Below, one piece after another: positions 1-9,057 of a DNA stretch of 64,000 nt. How positions within the stretch are numbered: position 1 is the stretch's first letter; the number at the start of each line of letters is the position of its first letter. Made by a program: the position numbers and the translations under genes. Below the pieces are notes generated by a model. It was not told where the DNA came from. It searched no databases and was given only the letters and a program-made list of their open reading frames with translations. The DNA comes from Acidobacteriota bacterium. Lineage in GTDB: Bacteria; Acidobacteriota; UBA890; WLXD01. The DNA lies in NCBI GenBank assembly GCA_965205505.1, contig CBDBHB010000009.1:64001-128000 (forward strand). The letters are read 5' to 3'.

Positions 1-48
1 GTCAGATCGGTAACCACCCGAGTGGGCCCTGCTGCCCGCCGGTTCCGA

Positions 49-229
49 GCGTATCCGGGGCTTCGGCCCCGGCCTCATTGAAGCGGCAACACGAAGGCGC
101 TCATGTTCCGCAGCAAGCCCGGCGTATCCGGGGCTTCGGCCCCAGCCTCATTGAGGCCTAATCGCCGCTGCTGACGCGGTCGGCATCATCCGGGCGTATC
201 CGGGGCTTCGGCCCCGGCCTCATTGAAGC
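49..229 (+). CRISPR. Short CRISPR array, 3 x 36-bp repeats, type I-G (I-U)-like
   Basis: GCGTATCCGGGGCTTCGGCCCCGGCCTCATTGAAGC at 49-84, 122-157 (2 mismatches) and 194-229. Spacers are 37 and 36 bp. Internal CCGGGGC/GCCCCGG hairpin and ATTGAAGC 3' end. No cas genes in the window. Confidence 0.9.
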
Positions 230-274
230 TCCTCAACGATGGATCGTGGTGTGCGCCTGAACGGGCGCGGCAAG

Positions 275-386
275 GGCTCCCAGTCGCTGGACCTGCAGCG
301 CGACGCCCTCGGGGCCGCGGGCGTCGACGCCGGCCACGTCTACCACGATTTCGCGTCCGGCGTCCGCTGAAACGACCGCCCGGGAC
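275..386 (+). pseudogene. Serine resolvase/invertase N-terminal fragment
   Basis: Reads GSQSLDLQRDALGAAGVDAGHVYHDFASGVR*, then DRPG in another frame, as in Pin/TnpR N-termini. Cut by an IS end at 387. Confidence 0.7.
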
Positions 387-525
387 TGACCTGCCCCAAC
401 TGTTTGGGCCACTTCGTAACTCATAGAATTGGTGCTGGCAAGAGGTTGTTGGAGCCGACGGAGCGGAGCGTAGCCGGCTGCAACAACATCGCCTCGGGTG
501 CAGGCGGCCGATACCTCAACGAGCT
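387..525 (-). mobile_element. Right-end stub of IS3-family element IS-B
   Basis: TGACCTGCCCCAA... closely similar to the IS-B right end starting at 24373 and to the end at 2286. Confidence 0.85.
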
Positions 526-576
526 TGACCTGCTCCCCGAAAACTGATCCGACGCGAGTGTGAGTTCTCCAGGCTA
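526..576 (+). mobile_element. 51-bp left-end stub of an IS-B-related IS3 element
   Basis: TGACCTGCTCCCC...CAGGCTA aligns without gaps to the IS-B left end, with AGGCT at positions 46-50 in both. Confidence 0.6.
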
Positions 577-602
577 TGACCCCACCCCGAAATCAGTACC
601 AG

Positions 603-1433
603 TCAGAGGTTTAGGATTCGGTGTTCCGAAGCCTCCGGTTGCCAGCCCCTGGCGAACTCCGTAGGAGTTCGATCGTTCAGTGAGCTGTGTGGTCTGTGGG
701 TATTGTAATCAAGCCTCCAAGCCTCCAGTTTTCGGCGCGCGTCATCGATCGAGAAGAACAGGTTGGCGTTGAGGCATTCGTCGCGAAGCCGTCCGTTGAA
801 ACTCTCGATGAACGCATTCTCCACGGGCTTTCCCGGCCGAATGAACTCCAACTGCACGCCTCTTCGGTACGCCCAGGAGTCCATCGCCTGGGAGTAGAAT
901 TCTGAGCCATTGTCGACGGTGATGACCCGTGGCAACGGCCCGGCAAACGACAGCCGCTCGAGTGCTCCAGCCACCGCCTTGCCGGTCATCGACACGCCCG
1001 GCTCAAGTAACGGACATTCACGGCTAAACTGATCGACCACCGTCAGCACCCGAAACGGCCGGCCACTCTCGAGCCGATCGGTCACGAAGTCCATGCTCCA
1101 GCGCTCGTTGGGCCGCTCTGCGGGCGGCAGCACAAGCCGTATGTGACTCGCCCGCTTGCGCCGTCGCTTCTTGGTCCGTACCTCCAGCCCCTCCTCTCGA
1201 TAGATCCGATACACGCGCTTCTGGTTCACTACCCATCCCTCGCGGCGTAGCAACACGCACAACCTCCGATACCCGAACCGCGGACGCGCCGCGGCGAGCT
1301 CGCCAAGACGACGCCGCAGCACGGGGTCGTCCGTCCTTGTGCTCTGATACCGATGGCTGGTGCGCGACAACTCGATCAGCCGACACGCTCGACGCTCACT
1401 GACACGGAACCCGTCCTGCAGGTACCGCACCAC
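603..1433 (-). CDS. IS3-family transposase OrfB (rve DDE domain)
   Basis: [36 protein letters not shown]. Confidence 0.95.
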   Translation of the reverse strand: MVRYLQDGFRVSERRACRLIELSRTSHRYQSTRTDDPVLRRRLGELAAARPRFGYRRLCVLLRREGWVVNQKRVYRIYREEGLEVRTKKRRRKRASHIRLVLPPAERPNERWSMDFVTDRLESGRPFRVLTVVDQFSRECPLLEPGVSMTGKAVAGALERLSFAGPLPRVITVDNGSEFYSQAMDSWAYRRGVQLEFIRPGKPVENAFIESFNGRLRDECLNANLFFSIDDARRKLEAWRLDYNTHRPHSSLNDRTPTEFARGWQPEASEHRILNL

Positions 1434-1453
1434 CTCGCGCTTGCGCGCCGGCT

Positions 1454-1720
1454 TTACACCTTTTTTGACAGCACCTCCTGGAGCATGTGCTTGTCCAAGC
1501 TCAGATCTGCCACCAGCTGCTTCAACTTCCGGTTCTCATGGCGGAGTTGTCGTAGCTCCCGAAGTTCGGCCACGCCCATCCCGGCGAACTTGCGGCGCCA
1601 CGTGTACAACGTCTGCTCGCTGACGCCCAGCTTGCGACACACCTCCTTGATCGGCGTGCCCGCCTCAGCCTGCCGCAGCGCGTAGGCGATCTGCTCGTCC
1701 GTGTACCTCTTCCGCTTCAT
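1454..1720 (-). CDS. IS3-family transposase OrfA (HTH)
   Basis: [21 protein letters not shown]...[12 protein letters not shown]; ends at the AAAAAAG frameshift site. Confidence 0.95.
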   Translation of the reverse strand: MKRKRYTDEQIAYALRQAEAGTPIKEVCRKLGVSEQTLYTWRRKFAGMGVAELRELRQLRHENRKLKQLVADLSLDKHMLQEVLSKKV

Positions 1721-1797
1721 CTGTCCTCCTGCTTGGAGGACGACGGTACACCGATTTCCTAAACATCAACCTGGCACCGTTTTCGGGGTTTGGGTCA

Positions 1798-2286
1798 GCT
1801 CTCAGGAAGGCTCGGGAAGGGGGACAAATGGCCCGGAAGCGATACACGGTAGAGCAGATCATCGCCAAGCTCAGGGAGGCAGAGATCGAGCTGGCGCAAG
1901 GAGCCAAGACGCCACAGGCGTGCCGGAAGCTGGGCATCAGCGAGAACACGTACTACCGGTGGCGTAAGGAATACGGCAGGCTGAGGGTGGATCAGGCACG
2001 GCGACTCAAGGAGCTGGAGCGCGAGAACGGGCGGCTCAAGAAGCTGCTGGCGGAGACGATGCTCGACAACGCCATCCTCAAAGAGGTGTCGTCGGGAAAC
2101 TTCTGAGCCCGGCTGGCGCCGCAAATACAACCAGGTGCGGCCCCATAGCTCGTTGGGCTATCGACCGGCTGCACCCGAAGCGACGTTGTTGCAGCCGGGC
2201 TACGCTCCGCTTCGCCAGCTCCAACAACCTCTTGCCAGTACCGATTCTATGAGTTACGAAGTGGCCCAAACACTTGGGGCAGGTCA
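1798..2286 (+). mobile_element. IS-B deletion derivative (orfA intact, most of orfB deleted, first 47 bp displaced)
   Basis: Matches IS-B (24373-25643) from position 48. Jumps from the orfA stop to the orfB 3' end (RPHSSLGY) and ends GGGGCAGGTCA. Confidence 0.85.
1828..2106 (+). CDS. IS3-family transposase OrfA
   Basis: MARKRYTVEQIIAKLREAE...LDNAILKEVSSGNF with GGGAAAC slippery site. Confidence 0.9.
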   Translation: MARKRYTVEQIIAKLREAEIELAQGAKTPQACRKLGISENTYYRWRKEYGRLRVDQARRLKELERENGRLKKLLAETMLDNAILKEVSSGNF

Positions 2287-2459
2287 AGCAGTGACGATGG
2301 GTTTGTTGCCGGCAGTTACGACTTACTTCGCACTGTGGCGCCTTACCTCAGTTAGTCAGCTTGTTGTCCTTGTCGCGACACTCATCGTGCCTGTCATCGG
2401 CTTTGTATCGTGGTGGGCGGCGTACAGGGGCGCGCATTCCGGAAGATGACGTTTCTTCG

Positions 2460-2658
2460 AGATGGCGTGCCTGCGAGCAAGCCGGCTTGTCCAGACAAGC
2501 TGGTTCACGACCTCAGGCGTTCGGCGGTCCGGAACTTGGTCGCGCCGGGGTGCCCGGACACACGGCCATGCAGAATCACCGGGCACAAGGACAGCGGCGT
2601 CTTCGACCGATACGACATCGTCAACGAGGAGGACATAGCGCTCGGCCTATCGCGATGA
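2460..2658 (+). pseudogene. Tyrosine integrase C-terminal fragment
   Basis: HDLRRSAVRNLV...ITGHKDSGVFDRY: HxxR box and catalytic Tyr region. Confidence 0.8.
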
Positions 2659-2748
2659 TTAGGCCCGAACGCGCCCCGGGGGAACGTCGGCGCTCCGGGC
2701 GGGTCGTCCGGCAGAGGGCTCCATGGCCCGGGGCGCATCGACGGTTTC

Positions 2749-4002
2749 CTAGTCCGCGCCGTCAGAATGGGCGCCGAGCATCCGTTGGGAAATCGCGCGA
2801 TCGACAAGACTGCGAATGATACCAGCCATGTTCCGTAGCTCGATCTGCTGGCTGAACCTGACGGGACCCATTTCGAGAAACAGCTTGCCAAGCACTTCGT
2901 CTGCGAAACTGCTGGACACGATGGGTACGTGTTCGAAGTCCACAACGATGCGGCTCCCTGGGTGCATGGTCATCAGGTTTTGCAGCTTTGTTCGCAACGG
3001 TCGTCCCGCCACGCGGCTCGAGAAAGAACTAGCTTGATCTTTGATTCGGACGAGCAAGTGAGAGCCGTCGGCCGACTCGAACCGTTCCATGTAGTCGACT
3101 GGGCGGTGTCGTTGGCCGTCGAACTCCAGCGCCTGCGCTAGGAGTTTTGGATTGGAGCAGTCCATGGCTGCGACGACAAGCGTACCGTTCACAGGGATCT
3201 GTTCGTTGCCGACGTGCAGTTCGCTCTTGCGCCAGTCGAGCCTTCCGTGTCGTGAATGGACGTGCAAGTAGCCATCCCCCACCCGGACCACCTGGAAAGT
3301 ACCGAATAGCCCATTTCCCTGGCCTATCGCGGGATCTCGGGTGACGCCTTCTCGAATCGCGCGATCCAGAGCGTCGGGATCTGAGGTGATCTCGGCGTGT
3401 CCTGCTCTGAGCGTCTTCGGAATGCTGACGCCGCCGTCTGCCACTACGAACTCGACCTGGCGGCTTTTGCGGTTCGTGGTTAGTTGCACGAAGCCACCCG
3501 CCTTGGCCTCGGCATGGGTTAGCACATTGTCCGTGATTTCGCCGAGCGCCCATTCGATGGCCGCCAGGTCCTCCCGTTCGAGCCCAGGCACGAAGGACAG
3601 CACCGCGTCGATCATTCGGTGAACCGAACTCTGTTGGTCGGCTGCAGACTTGAAGCTGATCGCTGGTACGAATGAGAGGCCCCTGAACTTCGACTCTGGG
3701 TGACTACCGGGATCGGCCAGGTAGGCCCAGTTCGCATTTATGAAGCGATTCCGTAGTACGCTCCGACTAGGCAGGAAGAGGGTGGCCTCCAGGCCGTCGT
3801 ACCGCCGCGTTGCGACGTCCGCGATGACGGCCAACATAGGTCCTGCAAAGGTGAACGTGCACTGCTCGAAGTCCAGGACGATGTCTGGGTAGCCACGTTT
3901 TACCGCGAGGTTATGGATGGTGGCTAGAGCGCGATGGAAATCGAACATTCCGAAACGACCCGAGATCTGGATCCGGTTGCCGTCGGTTCTGATCGTGCTC
4001 AT
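2749..4002 (-). CDS. STAS-like + GHKL/HATPase + DUF4325-like (STAS) protein
   Basis: EITDNVLTHA (N box), VADGGVSIP, GQGNGLFG; C-terminal VVDFEHVPIVSSSFADEVLGKL. Confidence 0.75.
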   Translation of the reverse strand: MSTIRTDGNRIQISGRFGMFDFHRALATIHNLAVKRGYPDIVLDFEQCTFTFAGPMLAVIADVATRRYDGLEATLFLPSRSVLRNRFINANWAYLADPGSHPESKFRGLSFVPAISFKSAADQQSSVHRMIDAVLSFVPGLEREDLAAIEWALGEITDNVLTHAEAKAGGFVQLTTNRKSRQVEFVVADGGVSIPKTLRAGHAEITSDPDALDRAIREGVTRDPAIGQGNGLFGTFQVVRVGDGYLHVHSRHGRLDWRKSELHVGNEQIPVNGTLVVAAMDCSNPKLLAQALEFDGQRHRPVDYMERFESADGSHLLVRIKDQASSFSSRVAGRPLRTKLQNLMTMHPGSRIVVDFEHVPIVSSSFADEVLGKLFLEMGPVRFSQQIELRNMAGIIRSLVDRAISQRMLGAHSDGAD

Positions 4003-4134
4003 GCTGAAGTGTCCACACGCAGGGCGCTCCCCGGTACCTTCGGTCCAGCAGTACCGGCCGCGTCGGCGTGAGCTTCTGACCGGCGGCCCCTCGAGACTCG
4101 TGCGCGTGTACTGACTCTAAGGAAGCCGCGTAAG

Positions 4135-4217
4135 TACTGGAGGTGGGACTCGAACCCACACGGACTTGCGTCCACGGGAGTTTGAATCCCGCGCGTCGCT
4201 AATTTCGCCATTCCGGC
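4135..4217 (-). tRNA. Degenerate tRNA-Leu(CAA)
   Basis: GCCGGAATGGCGAAATTAGCGACGCG-CGGGA TTCAAAC TCCCG-variable arm-GTGGGTTCGAGTCCCAC-CTCCAGTA. Two acceptor-stem mismatches and no D-loop GG. Confidence 0.7.
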
Positions 4218-4408
4218 TCAGTCCTCATTTTACCTGCGGACGTTACAGGCCGGTTTCCGCCCCTCACCAGACCCTCTGGAGCTCCTTATTCCAGAAAAAA
4301 GGACGTTACTACGGATACTAGAAGTTACTTTGAAATCTTCGTTTTCGCGGTCCTAAGCCCTGCCGTTCCAGTCACGTATCCGTTTGTTTTTCCCTGCAGA
4401 AGTCCGCC

Positions 4409-4456
4409 TTCAAAATCCAGTGGGCTTACGCCCATGGATTCGAATCCCTCCCGCCG
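4409..4456 (+). other. 3' half of a tRNA-Leu(CAA)-like sequence, att-like remnant
   Basis: TTCAAAA TCCAG T GGGC TTAC GCCC ATGGATTCGAATCCCTCCCGCCG starts exactly at an anticodon loop. Confidence 0.55.
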
Positions 4457-4619
4457 TTTTTTTCGCTGGTCGGCGCGCTCGAGGTGCTGCGCGAGGCTGG
4501 TGAGCGGAGCGCCGAAGGGCCATTGACAGCGATCAACAACTAACGATGGAATGTCGGCGGATAGGGTCTCCGACTCCCAGGTCACTTCTATGAGAAGGCC
4601 TAGTTCGGTCAAGGGCAAT

Positions 4620-4846
4620 GTGGTGCCCAGCGAAGAATCGATCTGCACGCCATGCTCCTATTCGCACTCTGGTGGACGAGGATTCAGGTCGTCCGGTGCA
4701 TTCTGGGGTCCGTCCCGATTCGAGGCGCTGCAATCTAGCTGCCGAGCTCGAAGCTCGTAGTGACCTTCGCAGTCGCCCGGACCGGGCGGTCAGATCGATA
4801 ACCGTTGGGTCGCGTCGCCCTACCGACCTCCTGGTTGCGGGTTAGT
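4620..4846 (-). ncRNA. Predicted bridge/seek RNA in the IS1111-type right end
   Basis: Two large stem-loops with internal loops (4724-4777 and 4635-4721). Loop segment AGGTCACTA equals the reconstructed target. Transcript limits are approximate. Confidence 0.7.
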
Positions 4847-5893
4847 TCATGCTGCTGAAACCTCTACAGGTGCGCGCAACGGTTCGTACTCGTCTCCACT
4901 CAGCCACAGTCGGTGCAGCACAACGGCGAGCTTACGGGCGACAGCAACTGCTGCCTTTTTGTTGCCATGAGGACCACCGCGTCCGGCCAGCTTGAGCCCC
5001 CAGCGTCTGAGCTCAGTATCGGGCCCGAAGGGGCCCAGGATGTAATGCGCCGAGCCCACCAACAGGCGTCGGAGCATTTTGTCGCCCGCCTTGGTTATTC
5101 GTAGCGCAGGGTCCTTGTCCCCCGACTGCCGTTTCTTCGGTCTCAGTCCCAGGTACGGGCCCACGGCTCTGGAGGTATTGAACCGTTCCGGCTCCTCGAG
5201 CGTCAGCACATACGCCAGTGCGGTCAGAGCTCCGACCCCGGCCACTTGCTGGAGCTGCTGTGTCTCCGGGTATCGCCCCTGGCACAGCTGCACGATCTGA
5301 CGCTCGTATTGCTGGATGTTGCCCGTCAGCATGGCGATCGTTTCAAGCACCGGCTCGAGCGCTCCCTTGAGCCGCTCCGGTATGTGCTCTGGCGCGGTGC
5401 GCGCGAACGCCGGCGTCGAGCACCTGGGAATACGACAACCGGCCGACTTGACCGCACCACGCACATGGCTCACTAACTGCGTGCGGCTCTTTACCAGAGC
5501 ATCTCGGCTCCGAATCACGGCTAGATCCGCTCGCGCTTGTCTGCCTCGATGCTGCACCGTCTTAAGCAGCTTTGGGTCCATTCTGCCCACTCGTGCCAGG
5601 TGCTCGGCATCCAACCGGTCGGTCTTGTCGTGCTCGCCATAGATCAGCTTCAGCCGCCTCGGGTTAGCCACCAGCACCTCATGACCCAGTTGCTTCAACT
5701 GCTCACTCATCCACGGCGAGTGCGTTCCAACCTCCAGCACTACTCGAGCGGGCTCCTCGCACCCGAACCGCCTCGCCAGCCCCTCCGGGCTCGTCCTCAC
5801 CCGCCCTTCCTCCATCACCCTGCCCTTACTGTCGAGCACGCACATACGGCTGTACCGGTCGCTTACGTCCAGTCCAATCGTTACACTTGTCAT
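4847..5893 (-). CDS. IS110-family DEDD recombinase/transposase
   Basis: IGLDVS, VVLEVG, KTDRLDAEHLA, GVGALTA, YLGLRPKKRQSG (catalytic Ser), AVAVARKLAVVL. Confidence 0.95.
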   Translation of the reverse strand: MTSVTIGLDVSDRYSRMCVLDSKGRVMEEGRVRTSPEGLARRFGCEEPARVVLEVGTHSPWMSEQLKQLGHEVLVANPRRLKLIYGEHDKTDRLDAEHLARVGRMDPKLLKTVQHRGRQARADLAVIRSRDALVKSRTQLVSHVRGAVKSAGCRIPRCSTPAFARTAPEHIPERLKGALEPVLETIAMLTGNIQQYERQIVQLCQGRYPETQQLQQVAGVGALTALAYVLTLEEPERFNTSRAVGPYLGLRPKKRQSGDKDPALRITKAGDKMLRRLLVGSAHYILGPFGPDTELRRWGLKLAGRGGPHGNKKAAVAVARKLAVVLHRLWLSGDEYEPLRAPVEVSAA

Positions 5894-6434
5894 CGGCCAA
5901 CCTCCTTGGGCTTCGAGCCCCGTTAACGTTGCATAAACGTTTGCAGAGCCGTCAGGCTACTGCGTTTAGGAGGTTAGCCTTCTCATCTCATCTAGACGTC
6001 TTGGGAGGCTCCACGCCCACCAGCACAAGGCAGCCGAAGGCCGGGCCCGCCCGGGAGCGCCCAGGATAGCTTCTAACGCACGCCGATTTCGGCGTGAGCC
6101 CCAAAGTTGCCCATCAGCCCCGCCGCGCGCGGCAGGCGCGAGCCTCGAGAAACACCCACACGCGATGCCCGTCGATGACGCCCCACCGTGGCCAAATTGG
6201 AGCTCGATGCTGCTGCCGCCGGCTCGTATTCCGTGTCGTCGCTGTGCCGACAAGCGCTCGGAGGGGTTCCAGCGAAAGGGCGTCGAGCTTGCGCGCGTGA
6301 CGTTGCGCTCGAGGCCGAGCACTTGAGCGCGTCGACCGGATATGCTGCGCCCTGGCACCAAGCGGAGTGTTCTTTGGCGGGTGGTAGAGGCGGCTCACTG
6401 CAAGGCCACGGGAGGTTTGTGAGATGATCGATCC

Positions 6435-7190
6435 GTGTCGCTCACCGGCACCTACGCCGGCACATCGAGCTTGAGCAACCGCGGCCTCGCGCTCGAGCAG
6501 TCGGATCACGCAGTCCAGGGCCTGCGCATCCTCGAACGTTCGGTGCCACCAGGCCGTCGGCAGCGTCTGGATCCGCTGGCGCTGGAGCTCGCGGTGCAAC
6601 ACGGTCGCGGGACAGCGCTTCGCAGCCTCACCTTGTGGAGTGTGGAGCGGACATCAGCGACCGCCACGGGAACGCGAGACGCTGCTGGCCCTGCTTGGGG
6701 CTGGAGCTCGCCGGGGCCGCGATCGCCTACCGCGACAACCCGACGGACGAAACCCTCGAAGCCGTGTGGAAGGTGGTGGCATTTCCAACGTCAGCGACCG
6801 CACGCGACGCATTCTCCGAGGCTGCGGTGGCCCTTGCCGACGACCACCGAAACGAGGCGCGCGCTGAAGCGTTGCGCACCGTCGCGGCCGCGTGGCGGCC
6901 GTTACCTTCGCTGCGACCGCATAAGGAGGAGGGAGCAATGGGAGAGAAGATCTTGTTGAAGCGGTGCTGTACCGCACGGACTCGTCGCAGTACGTGCTGG
7001 AGCTACGCGAGTCGACGAATGCTCTGCCGTTGACCACCGAGGAGCGATACACCCACACGGCATTCGTTGCTACGACGCAGAACGAACTAGTTGACCATCT
7101 ATAAGGACACCGGAGGCGGCAAGTTGAAGCAATCGGCGTTCGACCTACTGATCGCCGCCAATATCGACACCTTCGAGACGATCGAGTAGA
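6435..7190 (+). pseudogene. Frameshifted small phage-like ORF remnants
   Basis: Overlapping short frames (a CxxC-like RRCWPC segment; RBS plus MGEK at 6938) broken by shifts and stops. No family recognised. Confidence 0.3.
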
Positions 7191-7850
7191 GAGGGAAGAT
7201 GGTGGACGTCCACTGAAGCTTGCGGGCGGCGCTACTAGCGGTCGCGCTGCTCGGTGCGTTGCCGCGAGAGATCCGGCAGCTGATCGTGCACGACCTTAGT
7301 TCCTGGTAATCGACGAGAACGGCACCCCGCGGGCTGTCATGGACGCCGATGAGGGGATCGCCTACTTCGACGAGAACACGCAGGGGCCCATGATGAGCGC
7401 CACGGGGATCGCCTATTACGACGAGGACGGCGCCGTGATCTGGCGAGCGCCGCAGCGGTAGGGGCTACGAATGAGCGATGACAGCGGAGGCGCAGATCGA
7501 GCGCAGCTGCTGCGGCTGTGGGAGGTGCGGGAACGTCAACACGAGGCGCTCGGGCAGCTCGGCCGCGGCGACGATGTGCGATACGGCCCCGGAATCAAAG
7601 TACCTCTGCCGTGGAGTTGGAAGGGGAAGATCCGGCAAGCAAGCGGACATCCGGGGGCTCGAAGCAGATGAATTGGCTGCGCGCCGCGATAGGCTGCGCG
7701 TTGCACGCCGACGAGCTGGCCAAGGTCGAAGCGGAGCTGGCACAGGTCGAGGCGCAGCTGAAGGAAAGCTACAAGCAGCTCCGGTCCGAGAACGGTGGGT
7801 GAGCATCGAGCACCGCGGCTGCTTCGACCTAAACGCTGAGGAGGGACGAA

Positions 7851-8639
7851 ATGCCGGATCGCTATCTCGGATTCGAATGGGAAGCAGAGGGCATTCGGCG
7901 TGCGCTTGCAACGGCTGCGAAGGCGGCGCGTGGTCATGCCGTGTGGCTGTTGGTCCCGAGTCTCTCGCAGTTGCGAGGAAGCACGCTGCGGGAGGCACTC
8001 GGAGACCGCGTCGCGGACGCGCTGGCGAAGAACCAGCCGGTGCGGGTACGCGAATTCGATGTCGTACTCAGGCGGATTCTGATGAGTAGTGGTCGCTCGA
8101 AACGGAAGATGATGATGCGGTTCGAAACTAGCCCCGACGATGCGATCTTGGTTGTGTACGCGACGCAAGAAATGTTTGACGTGCTCGACGATCTAAGAGT
8201 CGCCGCTGTAATGGCTGTGGCTGCGGGCGGCTGGGAAGAGGATGCTCTCCAGTGGGCGGGAACTTGGCAGCCGCACATGTTGGACGACGAAATCGCTACC
8301 GTTCCCGGTGTCGAACTCGACCCGGTCGTTGTTGAGGGCCTCAAAAGGATTACATCCGCGAACAATCTAGAGCACCGGTCGATCCATGCTGGGCCCTACG
8401 AGAGGGCTACGGCCCAATTGCTCAAGGAGCTGCACCAGGCCGGATACCCGCTTCCCCCGAACGACATACGTGCGTGGGCCCAGCGTAACGGATGGAACCC
8501 GAGCCTAGCGGGAGACCTCGAGGCGATGGCTCGGAAGATCGCTGATGGCCGCAGGGTGAGGGGAACGGGAGGGAGGCGTGCATGGCAGCGAGGGATAGTC
8601 GCTTACCTTGAGCGTAAGGCCGCCGACAAGGATCACTAA
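7851..8639 (+). CDS. Hypothetical protein with a C-terminal DUF1889/YoaC-like domain
   Basis: Good RBS (GAGGAGG). C-terminus LKELHQAGYPLPPNDIRAWAQRNGWNPSLAGDLEAMARKIADGRR resembles DUF1889. Confidence 0.55.
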   Translation: MPDRYLGFEWEAEGIRRALATAAKAARGHAVWLLVPSLSQLRGSTLREALGDRVADALAKNQPVRVREFDVVLRRILMSSGRSKRKMMMRFETSPDDAILVVYATQEMFDVLDDLRVAAVMAVAAGGWEEDALQWAGTWQPHMLDDEIATVPGVELDPVVVEGLKRITSANNLEHRSIHAGPYERATAQLLKELHQAGYPLPPNDIRAWAQRNGWNPSLAGDLEAMARKIADGRRVRGTGGRRAWQRGIVAYLERKAADKDH

Positions 8640-8790
8640 TGACTATCCCACTCTGATCGACGAGAGCGGGGCGTTGCACCACCGCTACCCCACTTCCTGT
8701 CCCTTTCTCAACGTGACCCAAACCCCGAAAACGGTGCCAGGTTGATGTTTAGGAAATCGGTGTACCGTCGTCCTCCAAGCAGGAGGACAG

Positions 8791-9057
8791 ATGAAGCGGA
8801 AGAGGTACACGGACGAGCAGATCGCCTACGCGCTGCGGCAGGCTGAGGCGGGCACGCCGATCAAGGAGGTGTGTCGCAAGCTGGGCGTCAGCGAGCAGAC
8901 GTTGTACACGTGGCGCCGCAAGTTCGCCGGGATGGGCGTGGCCGAACTTCGGGAGCTACGACAACTCCGCCATGAGAACCGGAAGTTGAAGCAGCTGGTG
9001 GCAGATCTGAGCTTGGACAAGCACATGCTCCAGGAGGTGCTGTCAAAAAAGGTGTGA
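8791..9057 (+). CDS. IS3-family transposase OrfA
   Basis: Same protein as 1454-1720. Confidence 0.95.
   Translation: MKRKRYTDEQIAYALRQAEAGTPIKEVCRKLGVSEQTLYTWRRKFAGMGVAELRELRQLRHENRKLKQLVADLSLDKHMLQEVLSKKV

Larger units (their letters stand above)
577..1797 (-). mobile_element. IS3-family element IS-A, copy 1 (1221 bp)
   Basis: Terminal IRs TGACCCCACCCCGAAA / TGACCCAAACCCCGAAA, orfA+orfB, A6G slippery site. Near-identical to 8714-9934. Confidence 0.95.
4587..5993 (-). mobile_element. IS110 family, IS1111-type element (1407 bp)
   Basis: Sub-terminal IR ATGAGAAGGC at 4590-4599 and 5977-5986, offset 3 and 7 bp from a duplicated CT core (4585-4586, 5992-5993). Long non-coding right end. Confidence 0.85.
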
